A stretch of 64,000 nucleotides of DNA from Candidatus Chisholmbacteria bacterium RIFCSPHIGHO2_01_FULL_52_32. Lineage in GTDB: Bacteria > Patescibacteriota > Microgenomatia > UBA1400 > Chisholmbacteraceae. The notes under the pieces are model-generated. The model ran no database searches, had not been told where the DNA came from, and saw nothing but the letters and a program-made list of their open reading frames with translations. The translations under genes were made by a program, and so were the position numbers. Below, piece after piece: positions 45,655 to 55,435 of this stretch; position 1 is the first letter of the stretch, and the number at the start of each line of letters is the position of its first letter. The stretch spans positions 21,538-85,537 of the forward strand of contig MHCJ01000001.1 of the NCBI GenBank assembly GCA_001816585.1. The letters run 5' to 3'.

Positions 45655-46690
45655 CGGCTTTGGTCGGATCGGAAGAATAACCCTCAGGGTCTGGCTGAAA
45701 CGGATGGATCTTCAGGAACAACTCGATGTAGTTGCCATCAATACCTCGGGTTCGATGCCCGTATCAGGCTGGGCGCATCTGTTGAAGTACGATACCGCCT
45801 ACGGTCCTCTGGAGGATGAAGTCCAAATGCAAGAAGTGAACCAGCCTGAAGCAGTGACAGACAAAAACCCCCTGCTTGGCTACTTCATCGTAAAAGAGAA
45901 GAAAATTCCCCTCCTGGCCCAGAAGGATCCAGCCAAGCTGCCCTGGGAAACATACCAGGTCGACGTCGCCATTGAATCAACCGGTGTATTTACGTCCAAA
46001 GAGTTAGCCTCAGCCCACCTAAGGGCCGGAGCAAGAAAAGTACTCATTTCAGCCCCGAGCAAGGGTGAAGGGGTGGGAACCTTTGTGTTGGGGGTTAATC
46101 AGTATCGGGGTGAAGGAGATATTATTGATAATGCTTCCTGTACGACCAATTGCGTAGCCCCGGTCGTTGCGGTCCTCAATGAGAACTTCGGCGTCAGGAA
46201 AGCGAGCCTGACAACCATTCATGCCTACACGGATGATCAAAGGCTGCAGGACAATTCGCATAAGGACTTGCGTAGAGCCAGGGCTGCATCCCAGAACATT
46301 ATTCCCACAACAACCGGAGCAGCCATCGCAACCACCAAAACAATCCCCGATATCAGGGGAATGTTCGACGGGATAGCCATCAGGGTGCCAGTAAACGTTG
46401 GGTCCATCTCCGATGTCGTTTGCCTTGTCAATCGCAAGGTAACCGTGGATGAGGTCAAACGGGCTTTTCAAGAGGCTGCCAAGACACGCTTCAAGAACAT
46501 CATAGCGGTAACGGACGAGCCGCTTGTTTCAAGCGACATTATTGGTCGCTCCGAATCCGCCATTGTCGATCTTCCCTTTACGCAAGTGATAGATGGCGAC
46601 CTGGTCAAAATCCTCGCCTGGTATGATAACGAATGGGGGTATTCAAACCGTCTTTTGGAGCAAGCGGTAAAGGTAGGAGAAACGCAGTAA
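45635..46690 (+). CDS. gap: glyceraldehyde-3-phosphate dehydrogenase
   Basis: NGFGRIGR and active site SCTTNCVAP. SD GAGGTGAGG precedes ATG 45635. Overlaps the pgk 3' end by 20 nt. Confidence 0.9.
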   Translation: MVKAAINGFGRIGRITLRVWLKRMDLQEQLDVVAINTSGSMPVSGWAHLLKYDTAYGPLEDEVQMQEVNQPEAVTDKNPLLGYFIVKEKKIPLLAQKDPAKLPWETYQVDVAIESTGVFTSKELASAHLRAGARKVLISAPSKGEGVGTFVLGVNQYRGEGDIIDNASCTTNCVAPVVAVLNENFGVRKASLTTIHAYTDDQRLQDNSHKDLRRARAASQNIIPTTTGAAIATTKTIPDIRGMFDGIAIRVPVNVGSISDVVCLVNRKVTVDEVKRAFQEAAKTRFKNIIAVTDEPLVSSDIIGRSESAIVDLPFTQVIDGDLVKILAWYDNEWGYSNRLLEQAVKVGETQ

Positions 46691-46720
46691 CATCTTCAAT
46701 TGACGAAATCCCAAATCTTG

Positions 46721-46794
46721 AGGCCGGAGCGGGATTCGCACCCGCGAATAGTGGTTTTGCAGACCACCGCGTTGGACTACTTCGCCATCCGGCC
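46721..46794 (-). tRNA. tRNA-Cys (anticodon GCA)
   Basis: Reverse complement gives GGCCGGA...TCCGGCC acceptor stem (7 bp), anticodon stem GUGGU/ACCAC with loop CUGCAAA, T-arm GCGGG-UGCGAAU-CCCGC, and discriminator U. CCA is not encoded. Confidence 0.7.
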
Positions 46795-46908
46795 AGGCTA
46801 GAGGAATTATAGCAAATGGATAGCAAAACCACGACTAAAAAAGGAGTATAACGCAACCTCCCCCCTCTTCTGAGAAGAAGAAAGGGGGTTGTCCCAGAGA
46901 GCGATTTT

Positions 46909-46917
46909 TGCTATTAT
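46909..46917 (+). promoter_or_regulatory. extended -10 TGcTATTAT upstream of PEGA lipoprotein gene
   Basis: TTTTTGCTATTATAAG lies about 10 nt before ATG 46928. Confidence 0.35.
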
Positions 46918-46927
46918 AAGCGCCACG

Positions 46928-47833
46928 ATGGCGCGCAAACTTCTTTTCTTAGGTATTATCGGCCTTATCCTTGCAGGGTGTTCCCTTCCCAGTCTGAGGA
47001 AGGCAAATGCGGCCCTGCAAATTACCACAAACGCAAAAGCAGATGTTTTTGTGGACGGCGAAAAAATCGGTGAAACGCCGCTCAAAAACGAAAAACTGCA
47101 GGCCAAAGAGTATACGGTGCGGCTCGTTCCCAAAGAAGGAGAGGCTGAGCCATGGGAGGTAAAAGTGACGCTTGAGGAAAAGACAACCACGGCCATTTCC
47201 TATGATTTTGGCAGCGGGCAGGATACCTCAAGCGGGTCTATTTTATCGCTTGAACCATTGGTAAACAAGAAAGCGGTGGAAGTGACGGTAGTTTCAATTC
47301 CAGATAACGCTTCGGTGAACTTCGATGGCCAGCCCAAAGGGTTTACCCCACTCCAGGTGAAGGATGCCTCAGCCGGAGACCACACGCTCGCGGTCCAGGC
47401 CCCGGGATACTCAAGAAGGCAAGTTGAGGTAAAAACCGTTGAGGGGTATCGTCTGACGGTCGAAGTTCACCTTGCCAAGGAAATGCTCACCATCGAAGAA
47501 TCAAGCCCCAGCGCACAACCATTGACGCCAACCCCTACCCCAACCGGAGCCAAAACAGACAAACAAACCAAAGCCCCGACCACGACAACGGAAAAACCCG
47601 CCTCGCCATCGGCAACGCCGGAGAGACCCTACGTCGAAATTCTCGATACGCCGACAGGATGGCTGAGGGTTCGCTCCTCCCCATCAACAAGCGAGGATAA
47701 CGAAATTGCCAGGGTAAATCCCAAAGAAACCTACCCCTATGTGGAATCAAACGACGCAGGCTGGATAAAGATCCGTCTCCCCGACGGAAAGACCGGTTGG
47801 ATCTCAGGAAGGTACGCGAAAATCTACAAGTGA
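46928..47833 (+). CDS. lipoprotein with two PEGA domains and C-terminal SH3b domain
   Basis: Lipobox ILAGCS. PEGA-like VFVDGEKIGETPL and VNFDGQPKGFTPLQV. SH3b-like GWLRVRSSPS...AGWIKIRLPDGKTGWISGRY. Confidence 0.6.
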   Translation: MARKLLFLGIIGLILAGCSLPSLRKANAALQITTNAKADVFVDGEKIGETPLKNEKLQAKEYTVRLVPKEGEAEPWEVKVTLEEKTTTAISYDFGSGQDTSSGSILSLEPLVNKKAVEVTVVSIPDNASVNFDGQPKGFTPLQVKDASAGDHTLAVQAPGYSRRQVEVKTVEGYRLTVEVHLAKEMLTIEESSPSAQPLTPTPTPTGAKTDKQTKAPTTTTEKPASPSATPERPYVEILDTPTGWLRVRSSPSTSEDNEIARVNPKETYPYVESNDAGWIKIRLPDGKTGWISGRYAKIYK

Positions 47834-47863
47834 GACGCTCTCCTTTTCCTCTTCAAACCAACC

Positions 47864-48802
47864 TCAACCGATTCCGTAGATGATGGTCACGACCAGAACA
47901 CCCCAAAGGAGTACCGCCGCAAGAAGCGGGGTATCGGAAACAAGGATTTTATCGGGACTCTCTCCTTCGTTACGTTCATAAATAAGTTGCAAGTAACGCA
48001 TCACTCCATAGACGACAATCGGAACCGTGATCATCAACCACTTTTGTGCGACAAAGGTATGGGGAAGCTCGGCGAGGAAACCAACCACCCGCGGCCGGGT
48101 GAGAACGGGCTGCGGTTGCAGGAAAGTAAACAGGGCATACGTAATCCAGGTGGTATTGGCAAACATACTCGTGTAAACATCTAAAAGTCTCTGACTGTAG
48201 CCAACCAATGTGGCACGATGGCTGTCAAGAACTTCGCCACGGCCCACAAGAAGGGTCCGCTCGCTTTGGCGTTTACCAACGGCCAGGAACAGCGACAGCG
48301 AAATCACGGTGAAAAGAAACCAGACATTCATGTGAGCATCAACGACAACCGCCCCGGCGTACACGCGAATGATAAAGCCCGTGGCAATGGCCAAAAGATC
48401 CAGGATGGGGACGCGTTTGATCCACAAGCTGTAGAGGATGTGAAGGAGAAGGTAGGCAAAGGAAAACAGAAAGAAGAAAAAGGAAAGCTGTCGTGCCAGG
48501 GTAAGAGCAATAAAAAAACCGAAAACCGCCAGAAAAAGCGCGACGGAGACGGGGAATTTACCAGAAGCAATTGGTCGGTGGCGTTTGTAAGGGTGCCGCC
48601 GATCCAAAGGAGCATCAACGACATCGTTAAAGAGGTAAACGGACGACGTCAAAAACGAAAAAATGGAAAACGCGTAGACGACGCGAAGAAAGGAATCAAA
48701 AGCAAAGAGTTGACCGGAAAAAATGAGGGCGGCAAATAACGCGAAGTTCTTTAACCATTGCCGCGGTCGGGCGCTCTTAAGAACAAAAAGAAGTTGAGCC
48801 AT
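47864..48802 (-). CDS. UbiA-family prenyl/phosphoribosyl transferase (decaprenyl-phosphate 5-phosphoribosyltransferase-like)
   Basis: RPRQWLKN; NDVVDAPLDRRHPYKRHRPIASG (NDxxDxxxD). 8-9 TM helices. Confidence 0.65.
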   Translation of the reverse strand: MAQLLFVLKSARPRQWLKNFALFAALIFSGQLFAFDSFLRVVYAFSIFSFLTSSVYLFNDVVDAPLDRRHPYKRHRPIASGKFPVSVALFLAVFGFFIALTLARQLSFFFFLFSFAYLLLHILYSLWIKRVPILDLLAIATGFIIRVYAGAVVVDAHMNVWFLFTVISLSLFLAVGKRQSERTLLVGRGEVLDSHRATLVGYSQRLLDVYTSMFANTTWITYALFTFLQPQPVLTRPRVVGFLAELPHTFVAQKWLMITVPIVVYGVMRYLQLIYERNEGESPDKILVSDTPLLAAVLLWGVLVVTIIYGIG

Positions 48803-49845
48803 AACAACACTCCCCCAACGATCACGGCAAGTGTCACGATTGTATACAATTTCTGTTGGGCATTCAATTGAAGAGCCAGGATCCCCAAAACAGCGCTGAC
48901 GATCCAGTAGAAGATCGCAATCCGCGGCTTACTCCACCCAAAATCGAGCAAGAGATGGTGAAAATGGCCGCGGTCACCCCAAACCGGAGATCGGCCGCTG
49001 GCAAGCCGACGCAGGATAGTATAGACGGCATCCGCCATCGGGATACCCAGAACAAGGATGGCCGTTGCCACCTTTGCTCCGGAAAGTATTGCCAAGATGG
49101 CCAAAAGATATCCCGCAAGCGACCCCCCTCCATACCCTGGCATAATTTTTTGGGGGAACCAATTCCAGGGCAAGAACCCAAGATAGGCGCCGGCGGTGAT
49201 GGCAGCAAGGATAGAAACTCCCCATTGGGTAACGTCTTCCGTAAACCGAAGCGAAAGAGCTGCAATGACGATGGCCGCGACCACCACGATCCCAGGAAGT
49301 TGACCATCAACGCCTTTTGACCAGTTCACGATATTCATACTCCACACGATCCAAAGCAGGGCAAAAAGATCAGAAAGGAGCCAAATGGAGCGGTCACCGA
49401 AGAAATAGAACGTAATCCGGGGCCAATCCAAATGCAGGATTCCACCGAAAGGATTAGTGATAAACGCAATCCCGATTCCGCTGCCAACGACGCTGAATGC
49501 GGCTAAAAAACCAAAACCAAGACGCAGGTAAGGATTGAGATCGAGGCGATCATCCAATAAACCAACGATGGTGAGAAGAAGTCCTCCAAAAAGAATGCCA
49601 AACGAGTGTTTATCAAAACCAAGAAAGATAAGCGATGAGAGAAAGACCGCCGAATAAATCGCAAGACCTCCTCCTCGTGGCGTGGGATAAGTATGAACCA
49701 CCTTAGGATGGCGGCGTAAGGCAGGATCATCGAGCCAGCCAAGGCGAAGGTAGACCGCCCGGACGAGGAAGGTAGCGAGAAAGGAAAAAAGGAATGAAAC
49801 GATAAGTGGAAGGAAGAAAAGCCGTGACAAGAGCGATGGAAACAT
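48751..49845 (-). CDS. glycosyltransferase family 4, MraY/WecA-like polyprenyl-phosphate sugar-1-phosphate transferase
   Basis: Polytopic with GLLDDRLDLNPYLRL. Typical MraY/WecA cytoplasmic loop motifs. Confidence 0.7.
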   Translation of the reverse strand: MFPSLLSRLFFLPLIVSFLFSFLATFLVRAVYLRLGWLDDPALRRHPKVVHTYPTPRGGGLAIYSAVFLSSLIFLGFDKHSFGILFGGLLLTIVGLLDDRLDLNPYLRLGFGFLAAFSVVGSGIGIAFITNPFGGILHLDWPRITFYFFGDRSIWLLSDLFALLWIVWSMNIVNWSKGVDGQLPGIVVVAAIVIAALSLRFTEDVTQWGVSILAAITAGAYLGFLPWNWFPQKIMPGYGGGSLAGYLLAILAILSGAKVATAILVLGIPMADAVYTILRRLASGRSPVWGDRGHFHHLLLDFGWSKPRIAIFYWIVSAVLGILALQLNAQQKLYTIVTLAVIVGGVLLWLNFFLFLRAPDRGNG

Positions 49846-49867
49846 ACTAAGACCACAAATGACAAAA

Positions 49868-50416
49868 CTAGGTAATAAGTAAGATCACCCGGAAAACCGA
49901 GACGTCAATCAACAGGAGCGTTAAGCTTAAGCCGCAAAGGAGGATGCGCGCCAACAGCTGTTCGGATGGAAAAAGAAAGGCGGCAAGGATGCTTGTGGAG
50001 ATGACAAGAAAAAGGGTCAAGAACAGAAGCACAAACAGAAAGCTTGAGGGAACAAGTTGAGCCACACCCCATGGTCTGGAATAAGCCAGGGGAATCTGAG
50101 GGGGAATACGCCAGAAAGAAACCCCGACAACCAGGAGAAGAAGGAAAAAGAAGAACAGAGAGAGTCGAAGGGAACGTCCCCCGATGCGATCACGCCAAAC
50201 AAGGTACAAGGAGTCCTGGGTGGTGTTCTGCGAAGGCTGTCCGAAACCTTCTCCGAGCCGCGCCTGCATGGGATAAAGTATAGCATAGCAGGTTGAAATC
50301 CGTGCGGAAAAAAGAGGGAAGTAGAAACGAAAGAGACCGAAGGATTCAATGGCCGACCTGCGCCTGAGTGTCTGGTAATCGCCGATAAAGAGAAGCTCCC
50401 TCAATGGTTGTTTCAA
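49868..50416 (-). CDS. hypothetical polytopic membrane protein
   Basis: Several hydrophobic helices. Start uncertain because it overlaps the 3' end of the upstream GT39 gene. Confidence 0.35.
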   Translation of the reverse strand: MKQPLRELLFIGDYQTLRRRSAIESFGLFRFYFPLFSARISTCYAILYPMQARLGEGFGQPSQNTTQDSLYLVWRDRIGGRSLRLSLFFFFLLLLVVGVSFWRIPPQIPLAYSRPWGVAQLVPSSFLFVLLFLTLFLVISTSILAAFLFPSEQLLARILLCGLSLTLLLIDVSVFRVILLIT

Positions 50417-51881
50417 GAATATAGTATTTTACAAGATACGACTTCAATTGAGTAAACCGATCAAGATCTTCAATCACAATAATGTACGGGGGAGGTGACT
50501 CCTGAATGGCGATAATCGTTTCATCGAATGCGCGAAAATCAAAGATATGATAGGAGACCGCATAACGTCCAACCGGGAGTCGTTCGGAGAGTGCATAGAT
50601 AGAGGGCTCAGTTCCCCAGACAAAGATCCGATCCGAAGCAAATGTATGTTGAGTGATATAGGAAGAGATCAGATAATTACGGCGTACCCCGAAAGAATCA
50701 AGGTACCCATCCCAACCTATTCTACCGGTAGCATAGCGGATGAAATTGCGATAATAGGGAAAGGTAGGATAATACCAGAAACGATTTTCAATGTATGCCA
50801 AGAGTAACAAGGTAAACAGCATGGCCGCCAGAAGACGGACCAGAAAGAAACGTTCGGAATAAACAAGCGTTATCAAAAAAACCGCCGCCGCCAATGGCTC
50901 AAGAAGATAGTGTGGGTAGGGACGGCTTGAGAGGAGCGCACCGTACATCGAAAAGACAGCCCAAAGTGAGACAAAGCGAACCGCCATAGAAAGCTTCGAA
51001 GAAAAGAGGAACAGAAAAACAGTAACTCCCAGTACAACAGCACCGCGCCAAATCAATGGGTTGGTGAAGACCCCCTCTCCCCCACTCCGCCAAGAAGACA
51101 CGTACCCGACGTTCTGGAGAAGCGCTGCAGAAACATAGGGTTCAAAAGCCCCAAGCCAAGAATAATAGGCGATGCTCAAAAGAACGGGAAGGACAAATCC
51201 GGAAACCATAGCCAAGAAAGGAAGGGAAAGCATTCGCCGAACCAAAACCCGAACCCGGAAAGATGGCTCGACAAAAAAACACCAAAACAACAACAGGCTG
51301 AAGAAGTCAAACAGGATGGGGATCTTAAAAAGAAAGCTGACAGCAAATGACAACCCAATAGAAAAAGGAATAAGCGGCCGATGATTTGTGGAAGGGACGG
51401 TCAGGAAACGGTAGAACAAAAAGAAACCAATAATGGCCGGAACAATCATGAAGTTTTCGCCGTTGGCAATGTTACCTTCCAAAGTTGGGAGAGTGGAAAA
51501 GACACCAAAAACCGCTGTAGCGATGAAAACCGCAACCCGGTTTTTGTCAAACAGAAGTTCCGCAAGTTTCCAGAAAAAGATAACCCCAAACGTATGGAAA
51601 ACAAGCAGAATGAACCGAAACCAAAACAGACTACCCGCAACCGCCGCTACAAGATAGAGAAGTGGAGGTTTGTTGTCATGAATGTCGCGATAGAGGACAA
51701 GGCCTTTACGGACGGCCTGGCCGAGCGTGAGATAGATTTCTTCATCGGCATACCGATGCGGCTCAACCAGCGAAGGGATCCGGAGGACGAAGATAAAAAG
51801 GAAAAGTACAATGAGCGCACGGTATTTTGCAATGAATATGGCAATCTTGTGAGCAAGAGATTGCGGCCCGGCGTTATTCAT
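50346..51881 (-). CDS. GT-C fold glycosyltransferase family 39/ArnT-like (PMT_2)
   Basis: N-terminal YADEEIYLTLGQAVRKGLVLYRDIHDNKPPLLYL (DE..Y...KPPL signature) plus many TM helices. Confidence 0.7.
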   Translation of the reverse strand: MNNAGPQSLAHKIAIFIAKYRALIVLFLFIFVLRIPSLVEPHRYADEEIYLTLGQAVRKGLVLYRDIHDNKPPLLYLVAAVAGSLFWFRFILLVFHTFGVIFFWKLAELLFDKNRVAVFIATAVFGVFSTLPTLEGNIANGENFMIVPAIIGFFLFYRFLTVPSTNHRPLIPFSIGLSFAVSFLFKIPILFDFFSLLLFWCFFVEPSFRVRVLVRRMLSLPFLAMVSGFVLPVLLSIAYYSWLGAFEPYVSAALLQNVGYVSSWRSGGEGVFTNPLIWRGAVVLGVTVFLFLFSSKLSMAVRFVSLWAVFSMYGALLSSRPYPHYLLEPLAAAVFLITLVYSERFFLVRLLAAMLFTLLLLAYIENRFWYYPTFPYYRNFIRYATGRIGWDGYLDSFGVRRNYLISSYITQHTFASDRIFVWGTEPSIYALSERLPVGRYAVSYHIFDFRAFDETIIAIQESPPPYIIVIEDLDRFTQLKSYLVKYYILETTIEGASLYRRLPDTQAQVGH

Positions 51882-51942
51882 TGTTTCATTGTTTCATGGT
51901 TTCATTGAACAATACAACAATGGAACAATATAACAGTTGTAG

Positions 51943-53487
51943 TTATACCTTCTCCGTGACACGGTATTCAATATACCGCCCGAGCATAAGTCTGGTATGG
52001 GCATCAATGCCAGGAAGAGCGCTAAAGAAAAACCCAACAACTGGAAGAAGAATAAATTCAAACGGCTGAAACAGACGTCGAAGCAGAGAAATCCCTTGTT
52101 CTCGTGGCGGCCGTTGTCGGGCGTCTATAAAAAGGATAACCACCAGGGAGATGAGGGAAAGCGTCAGAATGAATGAGGAAACTTGGGGTAAAGTTTTCCC
52201 GAGGATTGTGCGGGAGAAGTTCGGATTGATGAGTGGAGGAAGGAGAGCCCCAAGGGTAATGGCAAACCAGTTGACAGGCCAAAGGAAGTGATCTTCAAGT
52301 ACACCAAGGACGCGAAACGTCTTATCCCAAAACGATATCCGTTTGGCAGTCAGCCAATGACGGATAATATAGGGATCATCAGAAACGCCCCAGGCCCAGC
52401 GTTTCACCTGCTCGTACTGATTGACCATCGTTTTCCAATAGCTGGTGGATTCTGCGGCATCGGCATAGACGGGTAAGAACAACGATTCCGTCTCAACACC
52501 ACCCTTAAAATGGAAATAAGCCTTGAAGAAAAGTCGATAATCCTCAGGGATAACATCGACATCCCAGTATCCTATTTCATGGGCAAGTCGCATGCTGGTT
52601 GAGTATGTAGAAAAGTTGATCAGTCGGTCTTGGCGGATTAAAAGGGAAGTTTGGACAACACTCCAAATTGTGGCAAGAACACGAATCGGAGCAGGAACCC
52701 GCCAAATGTTGTTGTAAAAGACAATCGCAGCTTGCCAGATGCGGCGGTAACGCCTTGGGTGGTCTAAAAATGCATAGGTAAGGGCTGCCAAATAGTGAGG
52801 ATGGAGGACCGCATCCGCATCTTCGCTGGTGACGGTGAGGTAATTGATGTCAAAACCCCGTCGATCAACCAATTCGCGCTTGGCAAACTTTGCAGCCCAG
52901 GAAGTATTGGATGATTTTCCCGCAACCTCACCGGAAAGCTTCGGGTGAAAAGTGATAAGGAAAGAGGAAAAGACTCCATCAAATACATCGCGCAGATGTT
53001 CTGCCTTTTTGTAAGCAGTCTCCCCTTCACGTTCTTCGAATGAGACAACAACATCGATTTGCCGTTTAGGAAACGTTTGTCGCCGAAGGCCTTCAAGGGT
53101 TCGTCGCAAGGTATGAAGCGGTTCTTTGAATGTAGGGATAATAACAAGATGGTGAACCCGTCTCCAGTCCGGAAAAAGGGAAAGTTCACCCATCCAGTCG
53201 AATGAGAGGGCGGCCTGAATACGGAAGTGTGCAAAAACGGCCAAGAGTGCAGTAGAGACCGAACGATAGAGCCAGTAGACATCAAAGGCCAAAACGTAGT
53301 ATGCAACTGCGATGGGGAAAAAAAAGGATCCCCAAAAAGGAAAAAGGATGAGCGACCAAGAAAAAAGGCCCGGAACGACCTCGAGAAGCCGGAAGTGCTT
53401 TCGCAAAAGAGAAGCTTGCTGCCGAGGAGAACTGCTCATAATTGAAAAAGGAAAAATCACCTCATTGATATAGAGGAATTGTATCAA
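51943..53487 (-). CDS. membrane-embedded processive family-2 glycosyltransferase (cellulose/chitin-synthase-like)
   Basis: DAD and EDYRL motifs; QYEQVKRWAWG (QxxRW). N- and C-terminal TM helices. Confidence 0.7.
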   Translation of the reverse strand: MIQFLYINEVIFPFSIMSSSPRQQASLLRKHFRLLEVVPGLFSWSLILFPFWGSFFFPIAVAYYVLAFDVYWLYRSVSTALLAVFAHFRIQAALSFDWMGELSLFPDWRRVHHLVIIPTFKEPLHTLRRTLEGLRRQTFPKRQIDVVVSFEEREGETAYKKAEHLRDVFDGVFSSFLITFHPKLSGEVAGKSSNTSWAAKFAKRELVDRRGFDINYLTVTSEDADAVLHPHYLAALTYAFLDHPRRYRRIWQAAIVFYNNIWRVPAPIRVLATIWSVVQTSLLIRQDRLINFSTYSTSMRLAHEIGYWDVDVIPEDYRLFFKAYFHFKGGVETESLFLPVYADAAESTSYWKTMVNQYEQVKRWAWGVSDDPYIIRHWLTAKRISFWDKTFRVLGVLEDHFLWPVNWFAITLGALLPPLINPNFSRTILGKTLPQVSSFILTLSLISLVVILFIDARQRPPREQGISLLRRLFQPFEFILLPVVGFFFSALPGIDAHTRLMLGRYIEYRVTEKV

Positions 53488-54908
53488 AGGTGAGGGAAAA
53501 AGGGATTCTGAGCCAGGATCTTGGGACCGGCGAACCGGGCGAGGATTTTTGCTGAAGTATCCGGAAGAAATGGTTGGAGTTCAAAGCCAACCTGTCGGAG
53601 ACTGCCGATAAGCGCAGTCAAGACCTTACGGAGACTCATTCCGGACAAAGTCCACGGCCGATTACGATCAATCGTGTGGTTAAGTGTAGATACACTTTTC
53701 CATATCTCCGAAAGAGCCAAATCAAGTCGATAGTCCTCGAGATGCTTTTTCACTTGAAGCCGAAAATGAAGTGGCGGTGAAGCTGGGAACGAAAACCCGC
53801 TGCGCTGCGCAAGCGTTGCAATCCGTGACACTAAATTCCCAAGTCCGTTTGACAAATCGGAAGTATAAAGCTCCTCAAACCGTCGAAGAGTGAAATCGCC
53901 ATCATCGAGGGTAGGTATCTCACGCAGTAAAAAGTATCGAACTGCATCGAGTCCGTAGGTATTTAAAAGCCAATACGGATCAATAACGTTACCGATGGTT
54001 TTGCTCATTTTATGTCCCCCAATGGTAATGAAGCCATGGACCAAAAGCGCTTTCGGGAGCGGCAGTTTGGCAGAAAGAAGGATGGCTGGCCAGTAAACAG
54101 CGTGGAAGCGGATGATGTCCTTACCGATGATATGGAGGTCAGCAGGCCACCATGCTTTCCATAAGCGCTCATCATATCCGTAACCAACTCCCGTCATATA
54201 AATAGCAAGAGCATCGAACCAAACGTATATCTTTTGGCCATCATCTCCAGGGATAGGAACCCCTACCCCACGAGCCCGTTCATTGCTCCGGGAGATGCTG
54301 AAATCCTCAAGCCCCATACGGACAAAAGACAAAATTTCCCGCCTCCGTTTTTGTGGGAAGATTCGCAGGGTATCGGAAGTAATGAGGTCTTCAATCTGGT
54401 GTTGGTATTTGGAGAGTCGGAAAAAATAGTTTTCTTCCTCTATCCGTTCGGGAAACGTGTTATGATCCGGACATTTTCCATCGAGAAGATCCTTTTTACG
54501 CTTAAAGCTTTCGCACCCGACGCAATAAAGTCCAACGTAGCGTTTTTTATAGATGTCTCCGGAGCGAAGGCAACGATTCCACAACAATTGGACACCGGGC
54601 CAATGGAATGTTTGATCGGTACCGCGACGAAACACATCGAGGGAAACGCCCAACAATCCATAAAAGTCTCGGAAGATATCCGAATATTTTTTAAGAAACA
54701 CGGAAGGAGAAAGTTCCTCTTTCTCTGCAGCCTGGACATTCTTCAGAGCGTTTTCATCAGCTCCTGATCCCAAAAAGACCCCGTCTCCCAAAAGCTCATG
54801 GTAACGTTGGATACAATCGGCAATGACGTACTCCTGCGCATGACCCAGATGAGGCCTGGCATTAACATACGGAATTGCACTGGTCAGATAAAACTTCCTT
54901 CTTCGCAT
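53484..54908 (-). CDS. metG: methionine--tRNA ligase (compact)
   Basis: AIPYVNARPHLGHA (HIGH) and GGHKMSKTIGN (KMSKS). Start set at MRRRKFYLT (ATG 54906-54908). The ORF-track extension to 55049 is probably untranslated. Confidence 0.85.
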   Translation of the reverse strand: MRRRKFYLTSAIPYVNARPHLGHAQEYVIADCIQRYHELLGDGVFLGSGADENALKNVQAAEKEELSPSVFLKKYSDIFRDFYGLLGVSLDVFRRGTDQTFHWPGVQLLWNRCLRSGDIYKKRYVGLYCVGCESFKRKKDLLDGKCPDHNTFPERIEEENYFFRLSKYQHQIEDLITSDTLRIFPQKRRREILSFVRMGLEDFSISRSNERARGVGVPIPGDDGQKIYVWFDALAIYMTGVGYGYDERLWKAWWPADLHIIGKDIIRFHAVYWPAILLSAKLPLPKALLVHGFITIGGHKMSKTIGNVIDPYWLLNTYGLDAVRYFLLREIPTLDDGDFTLRRFEELYTSDLSNGLGNLVSRIATLAQRSGFSFPASPPLHFRLQVKKHLEDYRLDLALSEIWKSVSTLNHTIDRNRPWTLSGMSLRKVLTALIGSLRQVGFELQPFLPDTSAKILARFAGPKILAQNPFFPHL

Positions 54909-55003
54909 ACGAAACTCTAGACAGGAAAGGGTACGGAAGTATTGTAACAGAAGTTCATCTGAACGAGCTAAAGAGAGAGAAACTGAAAAAAGAAAGCTCA
55001 AAG

Positions 55004-55366
55004 TTAAGAGGAGAATGATTGAAACAATCGGCGAATCCTCTTGGCCCATTGATCAGCCCACTCTTCCGCCTTGACTTTGGTAAGGGCAAGCTGAACACCG
55101 GGGTTGCCCATCCTAAGCGCTACAGCAGCGACCGTTGCGGAAGATACCTTCAGCATCTCCCGGATGTTTTCGTAGCTTCTCCCTTTTTCTAAAAAAGTAG
55201 CGATGGCAAAACGCTTCGCCAAAGCCACACGCTCGGTCTCGGTTAAAAGGTCTGAAAGCACCACTTTAACCTCATGGGGTGTTCGGAGATCTGCCAAAGT
55301 CTGATAGAAGACGGAGAACACCTGCTGTTCGAGGATAGCATTGAGTTTCCGGTCAGAAATCTGCAT
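55004..55366 (-). CDS. TrpR-like YerC/YecD-family DNA-binding protein
   Basis: LLTETERVALAKRFAIATFLEKGRSYENIREMLKVSSATVAAV matches the YerC/YecD pattern. Confidence 0.6.
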   Translation of the reverse strand: MQISDRKLNAILEQQVFSVFYQTLADLRTPHEVKVVLSDLLTETERVALAKRFAIATFLEKGRSYENIREMLKVSSATVAAVALRMGNPGVQLALTKVKAEEWADQWAKRIRRLFQSFSS

Positions 55367-55435
55367 AAGAAGCAGCGATTTAATTGAATAAACTCAGTCT
55401 GTGTATAACATGGAAATCTTTGTCTTGTCAATCGA

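Noticed and set aside
54909-55049. Hydrophobic N-terminal extension of metG in the ORF track
   Set aside because: MetRS orthologues start at M..KFYLT.AIPYVN. The extension looks like translated 5' UTR and approaches the convergent YerC-like gene.
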